From an uncultured cyanobacterium (GTDB lineage Bacteria; Cyanobacteriota; Cyanobacteriia; Cyanobacteriales; Cyanobacteriaceae), in NCBI GenBank assembly GCA_963749915.1, contig CAVVOP010000022.1, positions 576,001 to 640,000 of the forward strand: DNA of 64,000 nt, in the 5' to 3' direction. The position numbers were made by a program, and so were the translations under genes. The notes beneath the pieces were generated by a model. The model worked only from the letters and a program-made list of their open reading frames with translations, was not told the origin of the DNA and did not search any database. Shown here in pieces: positions 9,316-19,200 of this stretch. Within the stretch, counting starts at the first letter, position 1. Each line of letters starts with the position of its first letter.

Positions 9316-9996
9316 ATGGTAATTTCAGTTGCGGATACAGATATTGATATAGCTCGCTATATAGATCAAGCAGTGCTTAATCCGATGGCAACAGCAAAAG
9401 ATGTTGAAGAATGTTGTCATCAAGCCATCCAATATAATTTCCCGGCGGTATGTGTTTATCCTAGTGCCGTCAAAAAAGCATCAAAGCTATTACATAATCA
9501 TAAAACTAACATTGCTACCGTCATCGGTTTTCCCACAGGAGCAAATACATCTGGTTGTAAACTTTATGAAGCTCAAGAAGCTGTGGAAAATGGGGCGATG
9601 GAACTTGATGTCATGATCAACTTGGGTTGGTTGAAAGAGGGCAAATCGGAATCAATTTATCAAGAAATAGCCTCTATTTGTGAAGAAACAGGGCAGGTCG
9701 TTAAGGCAATTTTGGAAACCACTCGCTTAACGGACACGGAAAAAAGACTCGCCGCCGAAATTTGTATGGATGCTGGGGCAAGTTTTTTGAAAACCTCTAC
9801 GGGATGGTTTGGCGGTGCTACCGTTGAAGATGTCAAGTTTTTACATAAAATTACCAAAGGGCAAGTGCAAATTAAAGCCTCGGGAGGTATCAAAGATTTA
9901 GAACAAGCGATCTCCTTAATCAAGGCCGGGGCAAATCGACTCGGCACATCCCAAGGAGTAGAATTAGTCCAACAACAATTAGCAATTAGTAATTAA
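9316..9996 (+). CDS. deoC: Deoxyribose-phosphate aldolase
   Basis: VIGFPTG, KAILET, FLKTSTG, IKASGGI, RLGTS. Confidence 0.95.
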   Translation: MVISVADTDIDIARYIDQAVLNPMATAKDVEECCHQAIQYNFPAVCVYPSAVKKASKLLHNHKTNIATVIGFPTGANTSGCKLYEAQEAVENGAMELDVMINLGWLKEGKSESIYQEIASICEETGQVVKAILETTRLTDTEKRLAAEICMDAGASFLKTSTGWFGGATVEDVKFLHKITKGQVQIKASGGIKDLEQAISLIKAGANRLGTSQGVELVQQQLAISN

Positions 9997-10066
9997 CAAT
10001 CAAGAAAGAGTGTAAGTTGTAAGGAGAATCATTAACGGTCAATGGTCAATTATCAATTATTACCGA

Positions 10067-10900
10067 ATGAGTGGTACATATCAGACTACGGGAATTATTA
10101 TCAAAAAGCAAGGTTTTGGGGAAAATGATCTCTTAATTACCTTTCTTTCCCCTGACAATGGATTAGTCAAGGCGATCGCCCCTAATGCCAGAAAATATAA
10201 ATCCACCTTAAGAGGTCGCACTGAATTATTTATAGTCAATAACTTTCTGATGGTTAAAGGGAGAAATCTTGATCGCATTACACAAATTGAAATCGAAAAG
10301 CGATATCCCAAATTAAGCCAGAGTATCGGTAAATTAACTGTCAGCCAATATTTAGCCGAATTAGTCTTAAATTTAGCTCTAACACAACAACCACAACCAG
10401 AATTGTATGCCATTTTCAACGAACATTTAAGGCGGATAGAAGAATTATCCACCAGTGAGAATCTTTTTCCTTATATAGCCCAGGGAGTTTTTCATTTTTT
10501 GGCCATCGCAGGTATTGCTCCCGATGTTTATAATTGTATTGAAACCCAACAATCCATCATCCCTAACTTCGAACAAAAAGACTGGAAAGTGGGGTTTAGT
10601 TTTAAAGCTGGTGGTTTACTCAAAACTCTCAATACTGGTAAAATTAGCTACAAGTCGAACCCGATTTCGATAAATAGTCAACTTAACGCCGTTGAATTAG
10701 CATTGTTGCAAAGTTTAGCCCATAAGATTTTATTACCCATTACAGAAATTCTCCCCTGTATTTATCCCGATTCTGTCATCGAAAATGGATGGATGAGAGT
10801 GGAAAGAATACTCAAAGATTACCTCGAATTTTACTTAGGTCATGGGCTAAAATCAGCGGAGGTTATTCACGATATTTTGATGGTATTTTCGACTAGATAA
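10067..10900 (+). CDS. recO: DNA repair protein RecO
   Basis: GIIIK..FGEND.LIT.LS...G OB-fold N-terminus; deoC-recO order is typical of cyanobacteria. Confidence 0.9.
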   Translation: MSGTYQTTGIIIKKQGFGENDLLITFLSPDNGLVKAIAPNARKYKSTLRGRTELFIVNNFLMVKGRNLDRITQIEIEKRYPKLSQSIGKLTVSQYLAELVLNLALTQQPQPELYAIFNEHLRRIEELSTSENLFPYIAQGVFHFLAIAGIAPDVYNCIETQQSIIPNFEQKDWKVGFSFKAGGLLKTLNTGKISYKSNPISINSQLNAVELALLQSLAHKILLPITEILPCIYPDSVIENGWMRVERILKDYLEFYLGHGLKSAEVIHDILMVFSTR

Positions 10901-11090
10901 TTACTTATATTTTTAGTAATCATCAAGGTCAAAAAAAGTACACTAAGCTATAATGTATTTATGTATATTGATAGAAATAAACCGTTGACGAAGGAATTTA
11001 AAATTAAACAAATATTAGGTAAGAATATTTGATTACTGAACTTAAATTGATTTATTATGAACAGTTAAAAATGAATAGACACTACTAAAA

Positions 11091-12461
11091 ATGCGAGTAT
11101 CAGACACGGAAAAAGAAGGAAATCCGCCCCTAGAATCTGTTAATTTGAATGAATTTGAATCCTTAATTAATCAAGAAGAATCTAGCACCGGATTTATGAA
11201 TGTATGGAGAAATACAAGCTTTTTAATACTTTGGTTAGGGCAAGTTTTTTCCCAGTTAGCAGACAAAATTTATCTAGTTTTAATTATTGCCATTATTAGC
11301 AGTAATTTTCAAACAGAAGGGCAAAGTATTAGCGTTTGGGTATCATTAGTAATGATCGCTTTTACTATTCCTGCGGTCTTATTTGGATCATTAGCAGGAG
11401 TATATGTCGATCGCTGGTCAAAAAAAGCAGTATTAGTAGTCTCGAATTTACTCAGGGGAATGTTAGTTTTAATGATTCCTTTTTGCTTATCAATAGAGAG
11501 CATCAATCGACAAATTTTCTCCTTACCTTTTACTTTTTTGTTAATATTACTAATCACATTTTTAGTATCTACCTGTACTCAGTTTTTTGCTCCAGCCGAA
11601 CAGTCAACAATTCCTTTAATAGTCAGAAAACCAGATCTGTTAGCCGCTAATTCTATTTATACCACCACCATGATGGCAATGTTAATTGTGGGTTTTGCCA
11701 TCGGCGATCCACTATTAGTATTAGTGGGTAATTGGGGTGAAAAATTTGCTTTTAACTATGGACAAGAATTATTAGTAGGTACTTCTTACGGCACAGCGGG
11801 TTTAGTTTTAATTGTACTCAATACCCAAGAAAAAAACTACCATAAACAAACAGAAGAAAAACACCCTTTCGAAGATATAAAAGGAGGACTAGACTACTTA
11901 AATAAAAATCATCGAGTGCGCAATGCCTTATTTCAATTAGTGATTTTATTCTCTATTTTTGCCGCTTTAGCAGTGTTAGCTGTGCGTTTAGCGGAGACAA
12001 TCCCGGGGATGGAAGCTTCTCAATTTGGCTATCTTCTGGCCTCAGCAGGGGTTGGTATCGGTCTCGGTGGAACATTTGTTACCCATCAAGGAAAAATGAC
12101 TTCCCATGCTAAACTTAGTTTCTGGGGATCCATTGGCATGGCCGGTTCATTAACGGGTTTATCGATGGCCACTAGCAGTCTTGTTTTTGCCTTAACAATG
12201 ACGGTTATTTTAGGGTTTTTTGCCGCCCTGGTGGGAGTGCCAATGCAGACAACCATTCAAGCAGAAACTCCCCCGGAGATGCGGGGAAAAGTGTTCGGCT
12301 TACAAAATAATGCCGTCAATATTGCTTTATCTTTACCTCTAGCTTTAGCAGGCGTCGCCGAAACCTATTTTGGTTTGCAGATAGTTTTAATAACCCTAGC
12401 ACTATTAGCGGCTGGTGGTAGTGCCCTAACTTCTCTTATTACTGCTAAACAAGGGAACTAA
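11091..12461 (+). CDS. MFS transporter
   Basis: About 12 TM helices; GVYVDRWSKK motif A. Confidence 0.9.
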   Translation: MRVSDTEKEGNPPLESVNLNEFESLINQEESSTGFMNVWRNTSFLILWLGQVFSQLADKIYLVLIIAIISSNFQTEGQSISVWVSLVMIAFTIPAVLFGSLAGVYVDRWSKKAVLVVSNLLRGMLVLMIPFCLSIESINRQIFSLPFTFLLILLITFLVSTCTQFFAPAEQSTIPLIVRKPDLLAANSIYTTTMMAMLIVGFAIGDPLLVLVGNWGEKFAFNYGQELLVGTSYGTAGLVLIVLNTQEKNYHKQTEEKHPFEDIKGGLDYLNKNHRVRNALFQLVILFSIFAALAVLAVRLAETIPGMEASQFGYLLASAGVGIGLGGTFVTHQGKMTSHAKLSFWGSIGMAGSLTGLSMATSSLVFALTMTVILGFFAALVGVPMQTTIQAETPPEMRGKVFGLQNNAVNIALSLPLALAGVAETYFGLQIVLITLALLAAGGSALTSLITAKQGN

Positions 12462-12521
12462 TTTACATAAAAATTATTCATACTAGATTGTAGATACCTA
12501 TTCTTAATTTTTAGTTAAACT

Positions 12522-12992
12522 ATGCTAGCACACAAATACACTCTCAATCTTCTGAAAACTGGTTATCATATTCTTATTTTAATTACCTTAACTACGACTG
12601 CCATCGCACTAGGAGGAACTCCCGAAATTAATTGGCAAAATAAAACCGTCAATATAAATAATCAAGCTGTAGCTCAAGACCCCTCTGACGATGATTTAAG
12701 AAAATATGCTCAGGCAGCTGTAGAAATTGAAAATTTACGCAAAACTACTTTTACCAATATTGAAAATATTGTGGGTAAATCAAAACCAAATCAGTTAAAT
12801 TGTAATCGACAAGAAAGTTTAAACCAATTACCTGACAATGCCCGTAGTATAGCAGTTAGTTATTGCAAACAATCAGAAGCCATCGTCAAAAAATATGGTT
12901 TAAGCATCAATCAATTTAATCAAATAACCCAACAAGTTAGGCAAAATCCCGAAATTAAGCGAAAATTACAATCCATTGTCGGGCAAATGTGA
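12522..12992 (+). CDS. DUF4168-like secreted protein
   Basis: Signal-like N-terminus; YAQAAVEIE.LR and GLS..QFNQIT motifs; two Cys. Confidence 0.7.
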   Translation: MLAHKYTLNLLKTGYHILILITLTTTAIALGGTPEINWQNKTVNINNQAVAQDPSDDDLRKYAQAAVEIENLRKTTFTNIENIVGKSKPNQLNCNRQESLNQLPDNARSIAVSYCKQSEAIVKKYGLSINQFNQITQQVRQNPEIKRKLQSIVGQM

Positions 12993-13201
12993 AAAATGGA
13001 CCATTAGGAATCAGGAATATTTCCTAGTTTTTCTATCTCCTACCCTTATATCTCTTTCTACCTGTCCCTTTGTCTTTTCCGCGTCGAACTCCTGACTATT
13101 CCTAAGTAAATCTGATATGCTGGTAAGGTTGATTGTTGTTAATTGTTAAACATTGTTTCATAATTATAAGAATACTTAATAATCAGGTTGATTCGATATA
13201 C

Positions 13202-16200
13202 ATGGGATACGTTAAACATTCTAACTTCGTTAATCTACTTCAAGAACGTGCAGTTTCGCATCCAGATAAAGTTATATTTACCTTCTTGGGCGATGGTGAA
13301 ACGGAGACGGAAAGTTTGACCTATCAACAATTAGATAACCAAGCGAAAGCCATCGCCGAGAATCTTTCTGAAATTGCCCGTAATTTATTGGGGAACAAAG
13401 GAGAAGGGCAAAGGGCATTATTATTGTACCAACCAGGATTAGAATTTATTACCGCCTTTTTAGGATGTTTATATGCAGGAATCATCGCCACTCCTGCTTA
13501 TCCCCCTCGTCAAAATCGCTCCTTTATCCGTTTAGAAACTATTATCAAAGATGCTGGGGCGTTGTTTGCCCTGACAACGGAATCTTTAAAACAAAAAATT
13601 GAACAGAAATTAACTAAAAATAGTGATATCATTTGTATCCCCACGGATAATATTGCTTTAGCCTTAGCCGAAAATTGGCAAAAATCCCCCTATATCCAGG
13701 AGGATAATTTGGCTTTTTTACAATATACTAGTGGTTCCACCGGCACCCCCAAAGGGGTAATGGTAAGTCATGGTAACTTAATTCATAATTCTTATTTGAT
13801 TAGTAGTTATTTTGAAAATAATGGTAAAAGTGTAGGTTGTTCATGGCTTCCTCCTTATCATGATATGGGCCTAATCGGCGGTATTTTACAGCCCATTTAC
13901 GCCGCTATATCAACCATCGTGCTTCCCCCTGTAAGCTTTCTACAGCGTCCCATACGTTGGCTGAGAGCTATTTCCCAGTACAAGGTGACGACTACCGGAG
14001 GACCAAATTTTGCCTATGAAATGTGCATAAACTCCATCAGTGAGAAACAAAAAGCGGATTTAGACTTAAGCAGTTGGGATTTGGCGTTTAGTGGTGCTGA
14101 ACCCGTAAGAGCGGAAACTATTGCCAAATTTAGTGAATATTTCGGCGATTGTGGCTTCAAACGAGAGGCTTTTTATCCTTGTTATGGCATGGCTGAAACC
14201 ACCTTAATTGTTTCGGGTGCCAGTAAAAATCAATCTCCCACGGTAAAAACAGTTTCAGCAGAGGCTTTAACCCAAAATAACATTATCCCCGTGAATGAAA
14301 ATACCCCTGACAGTCAAGTATTAGTTAGTAGCGGTAAAATTGCCGGTGAATTACAAAGTTTAATCGTCAATCCCGATACTTTGGAAGAGTGTGCAGAGAA
14401 TGAAGTTGGGGAAATTTGGGTAAAAGGTGCAAGTGTCACTCAGGGTTATTGGCAACGAGAAGAAGCCACTGAAAATATTTTTCATGCCTATACAAAAGAT
14501 ACTAAATCAGGTCCTTTTTTACGCACGGGGGATTTAGGTTTTATTAGTGATGGCGAGTTATTTGTCACAGGCAGACTCAAAGATTTGATTATAGTTCGAG
14601 GGCGTAATCATTACCCCCAAGACATAGAAGAAAGTGTCGCTAATTGTCATGAAGCCATTAATTCTGAAAATGGTGCGGCTTTTGCCATTGACGTTGCCGA
14701 TGAGGAGCAGTTGGTAGTTATATTTGAAGTTAAGAGAACTTTTTTCGCCAAAATTAACCAAGATGAAGGTTTGAAGCGGCAGATTTTTCAGCAGATTCGT
14801 CAAACCATCACCGAAAACCACGAATTGCAAGTTTATAGTATTGTTTTATTAAAAACGGGGAGTATTCCCAAAACCTCTAGCGGAAAAATTGCCCGTTATG
14901 CTTGTCGGCAAAAATTTTTAGATAATACTTTACAAGTAGTTGCCCAATGGGATTTACAAGGAGATATTAAGAGCCCCACTTTAACCACCACTAACCCAGA
15001 GATTGCCTCTTTTGTTAAGATTGATTTAGCCCAAGAAAGCGGTAAACTGTTAGAAATTGAAACATGGTTAAGGGAAAATATCGCTAACCGTTTAGGAGTA
15101 ACACCCCAAGCCATTGATGTTCAGCAACCTTTTATTAATTATGGCTTAGATTCCGTAGAAGCGGTAAGGTTAACGGCGGATTTGGAAGACTGGTTAGATT
15201 GTCGTCTCTCCCCTACTTTGGCCTATGATTACCCGAACATCGCCACTTTAGCCCATTATTTAGCAGAAGAAAAAACCGAAGAAAAAACCACCGTTATCCC
15301 TGTTACCAATAATCAATCTCGGTTGAATAATAGTAAAATCGCTATTATTGGCATGGCTTGTCGTTTTTCGGAGGCGGGTAATTGTGAGGAATACTGGCAA
15401 TTATTGTCTCAGGGTAAGGATACCATTAAACGGACACATCGCCCTAATTTGCCCTATCTTGGTGGTTATATCGACAATTATGATCAATTTGACCCCCATT
15501 TTTTTGAAATATCTCCTAGAGAAGCTGTAAATATTGATCCGCAACAGAGGATATTATTACAAGTTACCCACGAAGCCCTAGAAAATGCTAATGTCACCGT
15601 TGAGAGTTTATCGGGTAGCAATACGGGAGTTTTTATAGGCATTAGTAGCTCAGATTATGCTCAATTACAAGTTAAAAACCGTTGGGATGTCAATGTCTAT
15701 ACTGGCACTGGCAACGCCGCTTCTATTTCAGCTAATAGAATATCCTATAGTTATAATTTACTCGGACCTTCCTTGAGTGTAGATACCGCTTGTTCATCTT
15801 CCCTTGTTGCGGTACATTTGGCAGTCAATAGCTTGAAAAATGGTGAATGTAATCAAGCCATTGTCGGTGGTGTCAATCTGATTCTCTCTCCTGAGTTAAC
15901 AGAAACTTTTCAAAAAGCCGGAATGATGGCAGAAGATGGAAAGTGCAAGACTTTTTCCGCTGATGCTGATGGTTATGTGAGGGGTGAGGGTTGCGGCGTC
16001 ATTATCTTAAAACCCCTTGGTCAATCGATCACCGATGGCGATAATATTTTAGCAGTTATTCATGGTTCAGCTATCAATCAAGATGGTCGCAGTAATGGAT
16101 TGACTGCCCCTTCAGGAAAAGCACAACAAAGGGTAATACAATCCGCTTGGCAAAATGCAGGGATTACGGCGGATAAAATTAATTATATCGAGGCTCATGG

Positions 16201-19200
16201 TACTGGTACAGCATTAGGCGATCCTATTGAACTCAATTCCCTCAGTGAGTTATTATCCTCTCATCCTGAGCAAGAATTTCCTACATGGGTAGGTTCTGCA
16301 AAAACAAATATCGGACATTTGGAAGCCGCTGCAGGAATCGCAGGGTTAATTAAAACAGTTTTGGCATTAAAACATCAAATTATTCCCCCGAGTATTAATT
16401 TTACCGAACTTAATCCTTATATTAATTTAGGTAAAAGTCGAGTTAAAATCGCCAGAGAATCCATCCCTTGGCTATCTTCTCCCCAACCTCGTTACGCGGG
16501 GATAAGCTCATTTGGTTTTGGCGGTACAAATGCTCATATTATTGTCGGCGATAACAGCGAAAAATCTATCAATGAAAATGTGCCTTTAAAAGAGGATAAT
16601 CGTCCTTATCCTACCCATCATCTTTTGACAATTTCGGCACAAACTGAGACAGCTTTAGGGGATTTAATTACCCGTTACCAAGACTATTTACAGGAAAAAC
16701 CAGACATCAATTTTGCTGATATTTGTTTTACTGCTAATGTTGGGAGATCGATGTTGAAATATAAGTTGGCATTAGTAGGCAAGAATCGTGCAGAAATTTT
16801 ATCCCAATTAAAACTAGGCAAAACAAAGACAGTTAAGAATAGTCAAATTGCCTTTTTATTTACGGGGCAAGGATCACAATATAGTAAGATGGGTTATGAA
16901 TTATATCAAACTTCCCCTACTTTTAAAAATACCGTCGATTATTGTGAGCAAATACTAAATAAGTATCTCGACAAACCCATCACAGAAATCTTATTTAACT
17001 CAAAAAATCAGGGCTTATTAAATCAAACAATTTATACTCAACCGGCCCTATTTGTCATTGAATACGCCCTAGCAAAATTATGGCTAACATGGGGAATAAA
17101 ACCTGCCATAGTTGTGGGGCATAGTGTGGGTGAATATGTTGCCGCAGCAGTAGCTGGCGTATTTAGTTTAGAGGATGGTTTAAAATTAATTGCTTATCGA
17201 GGAAAATTGATGCAAAAACTGCCTCAAGATGGGGGTATGTTATGCCTATTTACCAATGAAAAAAATGTTAATAAATTAATTAAAAAATATGGTAATCAAG
17301 TAGAAATTTCAGTTATTAATGGTGATAATAATGTTGTTATTTCTGGTTATCGAAAAGTATTGGTAAGCATAGAAAGTGAAGCAATAAAACAGAAAATAAA
17401 AGCGAAAAAATTAACAGTGTCTCATGGTTTTCACTCTTTCTTAATGGAGTCAATATTATCAGAATTTAGAGAAATCGCTACCACTATTAACTATAACTTG
17501 CCAAATTTGCCCATTATTTCTAATGTCACGGGAAAAGCTAATAATAAAGAAATTGCTACGGCAGAATATTGGGTTGAGCACATCATTAAACCCGTGAAAT
17601 TTAATCAAAGTTTGGCATTATTAAGGCAAGAAAATTATCAAATATTATTAGAAATTGGGGCGAAGCCTATTCTCTTAGGTATGGCAGAACATTCCCTTAA
17701 TAGTCATAATTATGTTTATTTACCTAGTCTGAGAAAAGGTAGCTCGGATTGGCGAAATTTGCTCTCCAGTTTAGCTGAATTATATAATTTGGGCATTAAA
17801 ATTAATTGGTCAAATTTTTATCAGGATTATCCTCAATTAAAAAAAGTACAATTACCAAATTATCCTTGGCAAAATCAACGTTATTGGTTAGGAGATGAAA
17901 CTCAAAATCACGACTTATCTTTAGATTGGTTATATAAACTCCATTGGCTAAAAGGTGAAGACTTAACGGTTAATCATGATATTAAGAATAGTTATCTCAT
18001 TTTTGCCAAAAAACAATGTCAAGGAGAAAAATTAGCCAGTCAATTAATTTCCCTAGGAAATCAAGTTTATTTAGTTTATCAAGGAAAAGAATATAAACAA
18101 CAAGGTAATTGTTATTGGTTAAATCCTTGTCATCCTGAAGACTATGAAAATTTATGGCGAAATATTCACCAACCCATAGACAAGATAGTTTATTTTTGGG
18201 GTTTACAAGAATTAGCTAAAAGGGAAACATTAGATTTAGCCAAAACTGAATTTTTTGGATGTCTTCCTGTTATCTATTTATTGCAAAGTTTGGTTATAAC
18301 TGCCCATAAAACTAAATTATGGTTAATTACCCAACTCAGTCAATCTGTGACTACTCAAGACAAGATAAATCCTCAAGGGGGAAGTTTATGGGGGTTAGGA
18401 AAAGTTATCGCCGTTGAGCATCCCGAATACTGGGGGGGTATAATAGACATTGATAATGAAGAAAATTCTCTTCACTCATCTTTACTGTTGGGCAAAATAA
18501 AGGATGATAGCCCTGAAAATATGAGTGCCATTCGCGGGGAAAATATTTACTATCCTCGTTTGCAAAAACAACCCCATGGTATCAATAAAAATTCTCTTCA
18601 AATTTCTATCAATGATGAATCGAGTTATTTAATTACGGGAGGACTAGGGGCGTTAGGTATTCAATGTGCTAAGTGGTTAATTCGTCAAGGGGCAAAAAAA
18701 ATAATTTTAATGTCTCGTCGTCAACCATCGGTAACAATTCAACGTCAATTAGAGTCTTGGCAACAACAAGGGATTAAAATTATCGTAGCTAAGGGTGATG
18801 TATCAAACTTCGAAGATTTAAAGAGAGTTTTTCAACAAATCACATCTTCTTTGTTTCCTCTCAAAGGTATCATTCACAGTGCAGGAGTTTTAGCTGACGG
18901 TATCTTAACCACCCTCACTGCTGATAAGTTGGAGTCAGTAATGTCTCCTAAAATATTGGGCACATGGAATTTACACCACCTCACCCTCGATTTACCCTTA
19001 GACTTTTTTGTCATGTTTTCCTCTGTCGCTTCTTTGTTGGGCTCGGCAGGACAAGGTAATTATGGGGCGGCGAATGGTTATTTAGATAGTTTTGCCAGTT
19101 ATCGTCATAGTTTGAATCTTCCCGCCTTAACGATTAACTGGGGTGCGTTTGATGTGGGAATGGCAGAATTAAAACAACATTCTCTAACCGCTTCGGGCAT

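Noticed and set aside
13133..13201. TTG start for ols
   Set aside because: The FAAL-like sequence begins just after ATG 13202; the extra residues look like intergenic DNA.
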